Translations under genes and position numbers: made by a program
The notes under the pieces: model-generated
Told to the model about the DNA's origin: nothing
What the model saw: the letters and a program-made list of their open reading frames with translations, nothing else
Database searches by the model: none
In this document: one piece after another, positions 45,483 to 55,672 of the stretch
How positions within the stretch are numbered: position 1 is the first letter of the stretch
Layout of the letters: each line of letters opens with the position of its first letter
DNA from: an uncultured Lachnospiraceae bacterium
GTDB lineage: Bacteria > Bacillota > Clostridia > Lachnospirales > Lachnospiraceae
DNA: 64,000 nt
Assembly (NCBI GenBank): GCA_949481375.1
Contig: CASYCI010000001.1
Coordinates: forward strand, 64,001 to 128,000
Direction: 5' to 3'

Positions 45483-47552
45483 TTACTTTCTTAATTGAAA
45501 ACGGTTTACCAGAGAATTTAAGCTTTCTGACTGCGCCGAAAGTTCTTCACTGGTTGCGGAAGATTCTTCTGCGGCCGCGGAATTGTTCTCTACGACAGAT
45601 GTAATCTGAGCAACTCCCTGTTCAATGTTTTTAATTGCGACCGCCTGTTTATCCGATGCCATCCGCACGTCGCTAATTACAAGCAGTATTTCATCTAATC
45701 CCTGCATCACATTGTCAAGATGATCTGCCGTATCTTTTGTTATCCTGCCGCCAACCGCTACTTCTGCAATCGACGCTTCTATTAATTTTCTCGTATCCAC
45801 TGCAGATTCTGCGCTCTGCTCCGCAAGTTTACGGATCTGATCCGCTACAACTGCAAATCCTTTTCCCGCTTCTCCGGCTCTTGCCGCTTCAATCGCGGCA
45901 TTTAAGGAAAGCAGGTTAGTCTGTGAGGCAATGTCTTCAATATTTTCTATAATATTGCCGATCTGCTTGGAAGTATCTTCAATTTTTCTCATCGCCCCCG
46001 TCAGTTCCTGCATCTTATCCTGACTTGCTTTTGCCACTAACGCCATGGCCTTTGCCTGTTCATGCGCTTCATCAGTAGCCCTTGCATTTTCTTCTACATG
46101 ATTTGTCACGTCAGTTACAGTGGCTAGCAATTCTTCCGCCGCTCCTGCCTGCTCCGTCGCCCCGACTGCAAGGCTCTGCGCGCTGTCCGCCATCTGGGAC
46201 GCTCCGGCGTCAACCTGAGATGACGCTTCATTGATTTCTCTCAGCGTATTGCTTAAATCTATGTTTAACGTCCTCATAGAAAGAATCAGCTCGCGGAATG
46301 CCCCCACATACGCTTCATCGCCAATGACAGTTTTAACGTCAAAGTTCCCCTGCGCCATTTCTCTTAACACGTACGCCGCATCTCCGATAATGTCACGCAA
46401 GCCTTCTACAATCGTCCGCGTCGAATCCGCCAAAATTAATGTTTCGTCGTCCGTATGTATGACCGGAATCGGAGCGTCCAAGTCTCCCTCTGCCAAAAGC
46501 TTCAGCCTTTCCGCGCATTCGCTGATCGGTTCGCCTATTGACGAGCCAACCCGTTTCGCAATTCTCGCGCCCACATAAACGGAAACAATAAGCACAATTA
46601 TAATAAGCGCCACGCTTAAAACGGATAAGCTCATAAAATCCATAAAAGGCGCATAAACCGCTAAACTCCAGCCATTTAACTCAATCGGGGCATACGCTAC
46701 AATTTTTGTGTCAATTCCTTCCCGATACTTTCCAAATCCTTTTTCTCCCGTAATCATCTTGGATTCTATTTTTGCAAGGCTTTTTCCTGCGGAATGGCTG
46801 CTGTCTTTTATGTAATTCGTCTCCGACGTCACCAACGTATGATCTGGATGCCCAATAAACCTTCCTTGCGCATCAATGACAAATGCGTTTCCATTCTTGC
46901 TGACGTTAATCTCTGACACAATATCCGATAACTTCGATGCATCAAATGTAACTGTCACCACCCCGACTGTAGCTGTGTTTTGCACACCGTTTTCCCAAAG
47001 GGGAACTGTAACCGCTAACAGCATTTGGCCTGTAACGGAATCACAAAACGGATCAGAGATTACCGATTTCGCTTCCATTCCATCTTTAAAATAGGCCTCC
47101 CCCGAAATATCCTTTCCGGATCCTAACCTGTCAACTCCTTTTTCATCTGTAATCATAATCGACTGCCAATTATAATGATTGCGGTAGCCTTCTAAAAGCG
47201 TCTGGCGCTGTTCTGCCGGAATTTCTTCATTGCTCAGGCGGGCAATCGTCCCAATAATTTCCACAAGATTAATTTCAGCGCGGAGCGTATGCTCCACAAC
47301 TTCCGCTGAAGTCTCCGCTTCTTCCACTAACGTTTTCTGCAGGGTACTCATAGTCGATATGTAATTCAATATACCGGACAACAAACCCATAACCGCCAGT
47401 GATATGGCGCTCAGACGGACGATATGCAGTTTGATTTCCCTTTGGATCGTCGTCTTTTCTGAAGACTGCTGTTTTTTCTTTTTTGTAAGTTTCTGGCGTT
47501 CCATTTGGTTTTTCTTCTTCATATTAGTACCTCGCTTTCTTCTCCTTACCAT
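45483..47552 (-). CDS. methyl-accepting chemotaxis protein with double-Cache (dCache_1) sensor, HAMP and MCP signalling domain
   Basis: 689 aa. TM, then a ~270-aa periplasmic Cache-like region, second TM, HAMP, and the conserved MA core ([34 protein letters not shown]). Confidence 0.85.
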   Translation of the reverse strand: MVRRRKRGTNMKKKNQMERQKLTKKKKQQSSEKTTIQREIKLHIVRLSAISLAVMGLLSGILNYISTMSTLQKTLVEEAETSAEVVEHTLRAEINLVEIIGTIARLSNEEIPAEQRQTLLEGYRNHYNWQSIMITDEKGVDRLGSGKDISGEAYFKDGMEAKSVISDPFCDSVTGQMLLAVTVPLWENGVQNTATVGVVTVTFDASKLSDIVSEINVSKNGNAFVIDAQGRFIGHPDHTLVTSETNYIKDSSHSAGKSLAKIESKMITGEKGFGKYREGIDTKIVAYAPIELNGWSLAVYAPFMDFMSLSVLSVALIIIVLIVSVYVGARIAKRVGSSIGEPISECAERLKLLAEGDLDAPIPVIHTDDETLILADSTRTIVEGLRDIIGDAAYVLREMAQGNFDVKTVIGDEAYVGAFRELILSMRTLNIDLSNTLREINEASSQVDAGASQMADSAQSLAVGATEQAGAAEELLATVTDVTNHVEENARATDEAHEQAKAMALVAKASQDKMQELTGAMRKIEDTSKQIGNIIENIEDIASQTNLLSLNAAIEAARAGEAGKGFAVVADQIRKLAEQSAESAVDTRKLIEASIAEVAVGGRITKDTADHLDNVMQGLDEILLVISDVRMASDKQAVAIKNIEQGVAQITSVVENNSAAAEESSATSEELSAQSESLNSLVNRFQLRK

Positions 47553-47620
47553 CTCCTATTATACTATACTTGAAGCAAATTTCCAGAATTTTTTGAAAAT
47601 CATTTTTTAAACTTTAAAAC

Positions 47621-47940
47621 AGGCTCCCCCTGTTCAGCTATTCCGCCGAATTTGGATTAAACGAAGAATATCTTGATATAAACTTTCTTTATCTTCTAAA
47701 TCAGCCATCAGCCACTTTTGCCCATTCCCCTCTTTGGTTTGTTCATAAATCCTCCCGCTTTCTTGAACTTAACATTCCAGCCTTTTCCCAACTGCAGGAA
47801 CTAAATTCTATCAGACCCTTACATTTATATGTAGTTTTTATTTCTGAACAAAACTGCATAAAAACAGGATTATTGACATATTGCCCTATTTCCTCTAAAA
47901 CAGGACAGGCGTTCTTATCTTTCAAGTCAATCATACTCAA
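47621..47940 (-). pseudogene. small hypothetical gene, apparently split by a +1/-1 frameshift (possible pseudogene or sequencing error)
   Basis: The 65-aa ORF 47743-47940 ends SRKREDL*. An adjacent frame continues ESGRIYEQTKEGNGQKWLMADLEDKESLYQDILRLIQIRRNS* to 47621 with no start codon of its own. Confidence 0.3.
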
Positions 47941-48020
47941 TGCGTCCTTTTTTTCAACTTATCATTACTTACGCCGCTTGAATCCCCGCCGCGGCTTTTC
48001 TAACTCTTTCTGAATTGCCG

Positions 48021-49571
48021 TTATTTTTTACGCGGCGGCAAAGCCAGCCGCTTCTCAATTTCATCAATTACAATCTGAATTGCCTGAAGCCTTGCATAAT
48101 ATTTATTATTTGACTGAATAATAAACCATGGCGCATTTTCCGTTGAAGTTTTCTCAATCATTTCATCAATGGCTGTTTCATATACGTCCCATTTCTCACG
48201 GTTCCGCCAGTCCTCGTCTGTGATTTTCCACTGCTTTTCCGGCGTATTCTGCCGTTCAGTAAAACGGGCAAGCTGTGTTTCTTTATCTATATGCACCCAG
48301 AATTTAATGACTGCCGCACCCCAGTCCGTCAATTCTTTTTCAAATTCATTGATTTCATTATACGCCCGTTTCCAATCATTTTCCGAACAAAACCCTTCAA
48401 TCCGCTCTACCATCACCCTGCCGTACCATGTGCGGTCAAAAATTGCAATATGCCCGCTTTTAGGGAGCCTGTGGTAAAACCGCCAGAGGTAGTGACGTGA
48501 TTTTTCATGCGGTTCCGGAGATGCGATTGGATAAACTTCAAACCCCCTTGGGTCGAGCGCGCTTGCCAGCCGCTTAATATTCCCGCCTTTTCCAGCGGCG
48601 TCCCAGCCTTCGTAAGCAATGATCACAGGGATCTTTTTGCGGTAAATCTTATTATGAAGCTTCTTCAGCTTCTTTTGCAGTTCCTTTAACTGGACCTCAT
48701 ATTCTTCCCTCGACAAACTCTGGTTCAACGGAACTTCGGAAAGCTTTGGCATTTTAAGCAGCGGATAGTCTTTGTACAAGATTTCCGGAAGCGCCTTTCT
48801 GTTTACTTCCGCCTGATTAATTTGAATCGTTAAAATATGAAGCGCCTGAAGCAGAGCCTGCTTTTTGTCTGTGGCATCGACAATGTTCCACGGCGCATAT
48901 CCGGTATTCGTCGCTTCTAACAGCCTGTCGTAGAGCTTCTCGTACTTTTCCCGCTTCTTTACTTGAAGAAGATCTTTTTCAGACACCCGCCATTTTGTAT
49001 CCTTATCCCCCAGCAATTTCTCTATCCGCTGTTTTTGTTCCTCCGGCGGAATCTGTAAAAACAATTTTACAACAAGATAACCGTTGTCTTTTAACTGACG
49101 CTCAAAAATACGGATTTGCCTTAACCTCTGCTCTAAAGAAACGTCGTCTATCTTGCTGTCCGCCATTGCGTCCGCCGTCTCACTTAACCAGCCGGAATTT
49201 AGAAACAGAAACTGCCCTGCCGCCGGCATAACTTCCATGTACCGCCATAAAAACGGACGGCGCTGCGCTTCCTCAGTCGGCGCATTCATTTTTTTCACAT
49301 GGAAAAACCTCGGATCTAAATCTTCGATTAAATTGCCAATTAAGGTGCCTTTGCCGGAAGCTCCCCAGCCTTCCACTAACACAAAAACCGGAAGCGCCTG
49401 CTCTTTAATTAAAAGCTGCTGGCGGACAAGCTCCGCCCGTTTCTCCCTGACTAACGCCTTAATCTCCTCTTGCGGCATTTGATACCTGCGTGTCTCATAC
49501 TGTCTCAACATAATAAGTCCCCCTTTTTTCTTATTTTCGAATAGCTTCTCCCAAAATATGGCAATTTTCAT
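48021..49571 (-). CDS. polyphosphate kinase 2 family protein, two-domain (polyphosphate:AMP/nucleotide phosphotransferase type)
   Basis: Two PPK2 modules, each with a Walker-A-like motif: VLVEGWGASGKGT and IAYEGWDAAGKGG, plus lid motifs. True start may be the internal Met (MLRQYETRRYQ). Confidence 0.85.
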   Translation of the reverse strand: MKIAIFWEKLFENKKKGGLIMLRQYETRRYQMPQEEIKALVREKRAELVRQQLLIKEQALPVFVLVEGWGASGKGTLIGNLIEDLDPRFFHVKKMNAPTEEAQRRPFLWRYMEVMPAAGQFLFLNSGWLSETADAMADSKIDDVSLEQRLRQIRIFERQLKDNGYLVVKLFLQIPPEEQKQRIEKLLGDKDTKWRVSEKDLLQVKKREKYEKLYDRLLEATNTGYAPWNIVDATDKKQALLQALHILTIQINQAEVNRKALPEILYKDYPLLKMPKLSEVPLNQSLSREEYEVQLKELQKKLKKLHNKIYRKKIPVIIAYEGWDAAGKGGNIKRLASALDPRGFEVYPIASPEPHEKSRHYLWRFYHRLPKSGHIAIFDRTWYGRVMVERIEGFCSENDWKRAYNEINEFEKELTDWGAAVIKFWVHIDKETQLARFTERQNTPEKQWKITDEDWRNREKWDVYETAIDEMIEKTSTENAPWFIIQSNNKYYARLQAIQIVIDEIEKRLALPPRKK

Positions 49572-50301
49572 TTGCCAAACCGCTTTCTATAGGATTTGTG
49601 AATATCGCCGTCCCTTTTTTATCACGGATATCGTCTAATGTGGCCCCTTCTTCCAACTCCTGATACTTCTCTCCGGTATAAGTAAGCTCCCGATAGCTCT
49701 GTCCGATGGAAACCGGCTCTGTCCCCTGTTCTTTTAATACAGACACTGTCTGCGTATTTTCCGTTAAAATTAAATTCCTGTAGCCCTCTGTCTTCTGGCT
49801 GCTGATATACACCGGAGTTCCAACCTGTTCAAACGACTGGCGCACAGAATCTTTTGATAGGCTTCCCCGTTCCACATTTAGCCATAACAAAACATTTCCC
49901 TGTATCTGCGGGACGTCCTGCCCGAACACAAAAGCAAGTATTTCATTTTGCCCATCTTCATTTAAGTCAACATAATTATAATAATAACGCGTCTTTTCAA
50001 AATCTTCTTCCCTTATGCCGCAATATTTGGCGATCGCCTGCTCTAATTCCCGATGCGCTTCTTCTTCCGCAATCCGCCCTTCAAATCCTTCCGGTATCTC
50101 GACTGCATTGCCTAACTGAAGCTGGCTTGTATGTTCCGTATCTACTGCAATTTCCGTCTCCGTCCCATGAACCGCCTGCGTATTCTGCGGACGGTTTGTA
50201 TCTACACCGGCATTATCCGGCGTCTTTGTCCCACATCCGGCCGCTGCGGCTAATATCATTGCCGGCACAAAGAAAAGCGCGCGTTTTTTTTCCATCTCCA
50301 A
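49531..50301 (-). CDS. hypothetical lipoprotein
   Basis: Signal peptide with lipobox LAAAAGC. No recognisable domain. Confidence 0.6.
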   Translation of the reverse strand: MEMEKKRALFFVPAMILAAAAGCGTKTPDNAGVDTNRPQNTQAVHGTETEIAVDTEHTSQLQLGNAVEIPEGFEGRIAEEEAHRELEQAIAKYCGIREEDFEKTRYYYNYVDLNEDGQNEILAFVFGQDVPQIQGNVLLWLNVERGSLSKDSVRQSFEQVGTPVYISSQKTEGYRNLILTENTQTVSVLKEQGTEPVSIGQSYRELTYTGEKYQELEEGATLDDIRDKKGTAIFTNPIESGLANENCHILGEAIRK

Positions 50302-50487
50302 AATCCCCTTTCCCTCTGGTCTGTTTTTTTCTATCAGTATTTGAAAAGGAGAGTTCTTTTATTCAGTATAGCGCAGATTCCAAAATTTTAATAGCGATTG
50401 GTTTTTTTTTTGCAAGGATTTTTCTATTTCAATCGTATTACTTATGTAGAGGAAAAAAACAGCAACAAAATCAAAAGGAGGAGACAA

Positions 50488-50850
50488 ATGAAATCTTTTC
50501 GGAACCTAAAAAAAGCAGTTCTCGTTTTATTCGCGTCAGTTTTGCTCTCAGGCAGTTTTGCAGCGCCTGTTTGGGCGCATGGCCATTCGGGCGGAAATCA
50601 CCACAACAATTCCGGCTGCTATTCTAACACGTCTAACAACAGCCAGCAGGGGACTTACTGCGCTTACCATGAGAAAAACCATAAACAGGGCGCAATCTGT
50701 AAATACTATGGACCGACCAAAAAGAAAGGCGCATACTGCGAATACCACGATAAATACCACAAAAAGAAAACAAACTGCAAAAAATACTGTACAAAACATC
50801 ACACCACCCATGCAAATGGGAAAAAACATCATACTTCTAAACATCATTAA
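50488..50850 (+). CDS. secreted His/Cys/Lys-rich small protein (~90-aa mature)
   Basis: AGGAGG 8 nt before the ATG. Sec signal peptide ending PVWA/HG. Mature part has 6 Cys, ~15 His and many Lys, with internal repeat G-x-YC-x-YH-x-K-x-HK. Confidence 0.6.
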   Translation: MKSFRNLKKAVLVLFASVLLSGSFAAPVWAHGHSGGNHHNNSGCYSNTSNNSQQGTYCAYHEKNHKQGAICKYYGPTKKKGAYCEYHDKYHKKKTNCKKYCTKHHTTHANGKKHHTSKHH

Positions 50851-50986
50851 GTTTCAGACAGCTATTTTAGCGTAAAAGGCGGTGTATGGAATTAAATTTT
50901 TCCATCATTGCCTTTTTTGTTGTGATTTACTGTAAAAAGGTATACTATGGCAAGAGAGGGTTTCTTTTTTTACCGTTTGCGGGAAG

Positions 50987-51526
50987 GTGGGGATTACGAT
51001 GCGAAGCGAACAGGAGGTATGCCGCGCAGTGGAAACCTATGCGGACATGGTGCGGCGTATCTGCTTTTATTATCTGAAAAACCGTGAAGACACGGAAGAT
51101 GTGTTCCAAAAAGTATTTATGAAATATATGATGTGTGATGCGCCTTTTCGTGACAGTGAACATGAAAAAGCATGGCTTCTGCGTGTTACCATTAACGCCT
51201 GCAAAGACGACTTGAGAAACTTTTTCCGCCGGAATACCCTTCCTTTGGAAACGATAACGGAACTGGAAGCCGAGATTCCGGAAGATTTTAGGGACGTATT
51301 AGAAGCGGTGCTTTCTTTGCCGGAAAAATACAAAAATCCGATCTACCTGCATTATTATGAAGGATATTCTGCCGCTGAAATCGGAGCCATTCTTGGAAAA
51401 AAAGAAAATACGGTTTATTCCTTATTATCAAGAGGGCGGCGGCTGTTAAAAGACTATTTAAAAGACTGCCCTTCAGCGGCAAAATATTATCAAAAAAAGA
51501 CGGGAGGGGAAGGAATTGGCGAATGA
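50987..51526 (+). CDS. ECF sigma-70 family sigma factor
   Basis: Region 2 (EDVFQKVFMKYM) and region 4 (YEGYSAAEIGAILGKKENTVYSLLSRGRRLL). Overlaps the downstream anti-sigma start. Confidence 0.8.
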   Translation: MGITMRSEQEVCRAVETYADMVRRICFYYLKNREDTEDVFQKVFMKYMMCDAPFRDSEHEKAWLLRVTINACKDDLRNFFRRNTLPLETITELEAEIPEDFRDVLEAVLSLPEKYKNPIYLHYYEGYSAAEIGAILGKKENTVYSLLSRGRRLLKDYLKDCPSAAKYYQKKTGGEGIGE

Positions 51527-52262
51527 CATACGCGACGCATTTGACCACATAAAAGCAGACGAACATTTAATTGAATCAACGAAGCAATTTATTACACAAA
51601 ACAATCAGAAAAAACCGCGGATGCGTTTCCAAAAGACATTTGCCACCGCCTGCGCTGCGCTGCTTCTGGCCATCGGAATTACAGGATATTCATGGACAAA
51701 AACGCCCGTCTCATATATCAGCATTGACGTCAATCCCTCTATAGAACTTTCCTTAAACCGCTTTGGCCGCGTCGTTTCTGCAACGGCATTCAATGCGGAA
51801 GGCAGAAAAATATTAGAAACTCTTTCCTTAAAAGGAAAACGCGACACAACGGCTGTCCATGAAATTATTGAAAATGAAACGATGCAAACCTTTTTATCTG
51901 ATGAAGCGGAGCTTGTTTTAACGGTTGCTGAGGAAAAAACGCAACGGGGCTTAAACCGGAGAATGAAAGCCTGTTCGAACCACCTAAGCCATGAATGCCA
52001 GCATATCCGCGCTGATATAGAAATCGTAGAGGACGCGCACAGTTACGGACTTTCTTTCGGCAAGTATTACGCATACCTCCAATTAAGCCAATATGACAGC
52101 GGCGTCACGCCTGAAGACTGTAAACATATGGATATTTCCACAATCCATGAGCTTACCTGCGAGCATGAGCAGAACGAAACCACGGACGGCGAAAACGCTC
52201 CTTCCAAAGAAACCCGCTGCCACCACCACGATAAAAAGCACAATCAATCCCATAAACAGTAA
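51516..52262 (+). CDS. putative membrane anti-sigma factor with Cys/His-rich C-terminal tail
   Basis: Translationally coupled to the sigma factor. Single TM (TFATACAALLLAIGITGYSW). Extracytoplasmic domain ending ...CSNHLSHECQH...DCKHMD...LTCEHEQNETT...ETRCHHHDKKHNQSHKQ. Confidence 0.6.
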   Translation: MANDIRDAFDHIKADEHLIESTKQFITQNNQKKPRMRFQKTFATACAALLLAIGITGYSWTKTPVSYISIDVNPSIELSLNRFGRVVSATAFNAEGRKILETLSLKGKRDTTAVHEIIENETMQTFLSDEAELVLTVAEEKTQRGLNRRMKACSNHLSHECQHIRADIEIVEDAHSYGLSFGKYYAYLQLSQYDSGVTPEDCKHMDISTIHELTCEHEQNETTDGENAPSKETRCHHHDKKHNQSHKQ

Positions 52263-52360
52263 AATCCTCTGCCAAATGAAACTTTAAACGGCATCCGTCT
52301 TGACAGATGCAAAAACTATTCCTAAAATAAGGGGAAGCCTTTCAGAAAGGAAAAAATATC

Positions 52361-53704
52361 ATGTTATCAAAAATAGCCAAACGGCTGTCAGGAATGCAGC
52401 TTATCGCAGGCGGCTTTTGCATTATCATTTTTATAGGCGCCTTCCTTTTAATGCTTCCGTTCGCAACAAAATCCGGAGAACACACCTCCTTTTTAACAGC
52501 GTTATTCACATCTGCCAGCGCCACATGCGTAACCGGCCTGATTGTCGCAGACACCTTTACGCACTGGACGATATTTGGGCAGGTTGTGCTTTTATTCTTA
52601 ATCCAGATCGGCGGTCTTGGATTTATCACTCTTGGCATCTCCGTCTCTATGATTCTCCGAAAGAAAATCGGCCTTAGCGAACGGGGTCTGTTACGGGAAA
52701 GTTTTAATGTCATTGAACTAAGGGGCTTAGTGCGTCTGACGAAACGCATCCTTATAGGAACGCTCCTGTTTGAACTAACCGGAGCTGTCATACTTTCTTT
52801 GTGTTTTATTCCAAAAACCGGAGTCGCGGCCGGAATTTACTATGGTATTTTCCACTCCGTTTCCGCATTTTGCAACGCAGGGTTTGACTTAATGGGAAAA
52901 TATTCCCCCTTCTCGTCCCTGACTGGCTATCACAGCAATCCAGTCGTAATGATTACAATTATGCTCTTAATCATAATTGGCGGCATAGGTTTCTATGTCT
53001 GGAACGATTTATATGAACACAGGCTAAAGTTCCGCCATTACTCCCTGCATACTAAAATTGTCCTTACCGCTACTGCGGCGCTGCTTTTTTGCGGCGCAGC
53101 CGCTTTTTATTTTATGGAACGCAACAATCTGTTTGCCAACATGACACAGACGGAAAAACTGTTAAATTCCATGTTCTGCGCCGTAACGCCAAGGACTGCG
53201 GGATTTAACTCGATTGAAGTAAGCGACATGACGCAAGCCGGAAAACTGCTTACGATTGTCCTAATGTTTATCGGCGGAGGCTCCGGATCTACGGCAGGCG
53301 GGGTTAAAGTCACTTCCGTTGTCGCGCTTTTTATCTACATCAAAGCAAACCTGACGCGTTCCGTCGGCTATAATGTATTTGGCAGACGCATTGAAGACGA
53401 TGCGCTCCGAAAATCTTCCGCTATTTTTTGTACAAACTTAACGCTTGCCACACTATCCGCGATTGCTATCTGCGCGCTGCAAAACTTAAACGGCATAGAC
53501 GTTTTGCTGGAAGTGTTTTCTGCAATCGGGACAGTCGGCATGTCCGCCGGACTGACGACACAGCTTCAAACGCCCGCCCTGCTAATCCTTATCTTGCTGA
53601 TGTATTTAGGCCGTGTCGGAAGCTTATCTTTTGCCATGTCCTTTACAGACAAAAAGAAAATCGCGCATATTATGCAGCCCGCTGAAAAAATAAACGTCGG
53701 CTGA
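52361..53704 (+). CDS. ktrB: TrkH/KtrB-family potassium transporter membrane subunit
   Basis: 447 aa. Repeated M-P-M selectivity-filter-like segments (TCVTGL, IGGLG, GFNS, GGSGSTAGG). Confidence 0.88.
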   Translation: MLSKIAKRLSGMQLIAGGFCIIIFIGAFLLMLPFATKSGEHTSFLTALFTSASATCVTGLIVADTFTHWTIFGQVVLLFLIQIGGLGFITLGISVSMILRKKIGLSERGLLRESFNVIELRGLVRLTKRILIGTLLFELTGAVILSLCFIPKTGVAAGIYYGIFHSVSAFCNAGFDLMGKYSPFSSLTGYHSNPVVMITIMLLIIIGGIGFYVWNDLYEHRLKFRHYSLHTKIVLTATAALLFCGAAAFYFMERNNLFANMTQTEKLLNSMFCAVTPRTAGFNSIEVSDMTQAGKLLTIVLMFIGGGSGSTAGGVKVTSVVALFIYIKANLTRSVGYNVFGRRIEDDALRKSSAIFCTNLTLATLSAIAICALQNLNGIDVLLEVFSAIGTVGMSAGLTTQLQTPALLILILLMYLGRVGSLSFAMSFTDKKKIAHIMQPAEKINVG

Positions 53705-53732
53705 CCAAATTTTAGTTTCAGGAGGAACCATT

Positions 53733-54401
53733 ATGAAATCCATATTAATTATCGGGACAGGCCATTTCGGCTCTCATTTATGTATGAATTTATCAAAATT
53801 AAATAATGAGATTATGATTGTAGATAAATGCGAAGAACAGTTAGAAGACCTGCTTCCTTATGTCACAAGCGCAAAAATAGGCGACTGCGCAAATGCAAAA
53901 GTGCTTGAAAGCCTTGGCGTTTCGAATTTCGACATCTGCGTCGTATGTATCGGGGATTCTTTTCAAGACAGCCTTGAAATCACAAGCCAATTAAAAGACT
54001 TAGGAGCCAAACGGGTGGTCAGCAAAGCAAACCGGGACTTGTACGCCAAATTCCTGTTGCGTAACGGAGCGGACAAAGTGATCTTTCCGGATCGGGACAT
54101 CGCAGAAAAACTTGCCGTCCAGTTAAGCTCAGACAGTATTCTGGATTATTTTAACCTGACGGACGGATATTCCATATGTGAAATTTCTCCGCTAAAAGAA
54201 TGGATCGGCAAAACGATTCTTGAAGTAAATTTCCGCACAAAATACCACTTAAGCATTATCGGGGTAAAAGTCGACGACCAGACAAAAATCATGCCGAACG
54301 CAGATTATGTCTTCCAAAACGGGGAAAACCTGATTGTCATTGGCAGACAGGAAGATATTAATAAAATCATACGCAATAAAAATAAATCGGCTTGGAGGTA
54401 A
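53733..54401 (+). CDS. ktrA: TrkA/KtrA potassium uptake regulatory subunit (RCK N- and C-domains)
   Basis: IIGTGHFGSHL Rossmann motif; RCK_C in the C-terminal half. Confidence 0.88.
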   Translation: MKSILIIGTGHFGSHLCMNLSKLNNEIMIVDKCEEQLEDLLPYVTSAKIGDCANAKVLESLGVSNFDICVVCIGDSFQDSLEITSQLKDLGAKRVVSKANRDLYAKFLLRNGADKVIFPDRDIAEKLAVQLSSDSILDYFNLTDGYSICEISPLKEWIGKTILEVNFRTKYHLSIIGVKVDDQTKIMPNADYVFQNGENLIVIGRQEDINKIIRNKNKSAWR

Positions 54402-54406
54402 ATCTT

Positions 54407-55621
54407 ATGAATAAATCAGAAGTATTAGAACTTAAACGCCGTCTGAAAAAAGACGCCTGCACCTTTACACGCATGTGTGGCTGTTACGTTGACGGAGAAC
54501 GAAACCGAATTGTAAAGCTGGAAGAAACTTTTCTCAATTTAGACGAAGAAGAATTTTACAAATATTTGGAAATTGCAAGAAAAGCCCTCTCCGGCGTAAT
54601 TGGAAACCAGCTTTTAGAACTGGAATTTCCACTGGAAGAAGAAGCCGTCGGGGGACGGCAGCATTTTCTCTCCGCATTAAAAAGCAGCGCGCTGAAAAAT
54701 CCGGATCTCTTAGAGCGGTTCTACGATTTAATCATTGACAATTACGAATATACCGGAAATTACCTTATTTTGATTTTTCATGATGCATATGACGTCATCA
54801 TAAAGACAAAAGACAAAAACAGTCTGGACGAATCCGAAGAAGTCTATGAATATCTGCTCTGCGCCATTTGCCCGGTCAGCTTAAGCAAGCCTGCGCTTGG
54901 GTACCGCTCGGACGAAAACCGCATTGGCGCAAGAGTCCGCGACTGGGTTGTTGGCGCGCCGGAAAGCGGCTTTCTATTTCCGGCATTTACCGACAGAAGT
55001 TCAGATATCCATGCAGTAATGACCTATCATAAAAACCCGAAAGAACCGCATACAGAATTCATGGAAGGCGCTTTAGGCTGTGTTGCAAGACGCACTGCCG
55101 CCGAACAAAAACAAGCGTTTCAGTCGATTGTCCAGAAAGCCTTTGGCGGAGATGAGGAAAAATCCACGGAAGCCTTTAATGAAATCCAGCAGGAACTCTC
55201 AGACTTTGCCGCAGGGCAAGAGCCAGACGAAGACGCAACGCAAAAAGATCCGGCGCGCTTAAGCGCAGATGACATTGGAAAACTAATGGAAGAATCCGAT
55301 ATGCCAAAGACAGCCGCAGAAGTCATCGCTTCTTCTTACCGTGAAGAATTTCAAGACGAAACGCCCCTTTTAGAAAACCTAATGGACAGCAAAGCCGCCC
55401 TTGCCGGCTCCAAACTCCGCCAGCAGAAAGACTTAGTAAAAAAGGTTGCCGCCCTAGAAGAACAGCTTGGAAACACAAAAACATACGACGTAATCCTGCG
55501 TGTAAAACCGGAAAAAGAACAGCAAATCCAATCCCAAATCATTAATGGAAGAAAATGTATCGTTATTCCTATGGAAGAAAATGAACACGCAATCGTCAAT
55601 GGACGAAATACAACTGTCTAA
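54407..55621 (+). CDS. DUF4317-family protein
   Basis: MNKSEVLELKRRLKKDACTFTRMCGCYVDGE N-terminus, characteristic of Firmicutes DUF4317 proteins. Start at ATG 54407 after GGAGGT; the track start at 54392 is less likely. Confidence 0.55.
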   Translation: MNKSEVLELKRRLKKDACTFTRMCGCYVDGERNRIVKLEETFLNLDEEEFYKYLEIARKALSGVIGNQLLELEFPLEEEAVGGRQHFLSALKSSALKNPDLLERFYDLIIDNYEYTGNYLILIFHDAYDVIIKTKDKNSLDESEEVYEYLLCAICPVSLSKPALGYRSDENRIGARVRDWVVGAPESGFLFPAFTDRSSDIHAVMTYHKNPKEPHTEFMEGALGCVARRTAAEQKQAFQSIVQKAFGGDEEKSTEAFNEIQQELSDFAAGQEPDEDATQKDPARLSADDIGKLMEESDMPKTAAEVIASSYREEFQDETPLLENLMDSKAALAGSKLRQQKDLVKKVAALEEQLGNTKTYDVILRVKPEKEQQIQSQIINGRKCIVIPMEENEHAIVNGRNTTV

Positions 55622-55664
55622 AAAAACGACGTGCGCCAAACGAACTGCCGTTGGCTCACGTCGT
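55620..55664 (-). terminator. rho-independent terminator for glcK (weaker in + direction for DUF4317 gene)
   Basis: ACGACGTG...CACGTCGT stem, followed on the minus strand by TTTTTTT. Confidence 0.6.
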
Positions 55665-55672
55665 ATCTGTCT

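Noticed and set aside
52263-52360. c-di-AMP (ydaO/kimA-type) riboswitch upstream of ktrB
   Set aside because: The leader is under 100 nt and lacks the long pseudo-symmetric conserved stems of that riboswitch. Only a short 5-bp hairpin is present.
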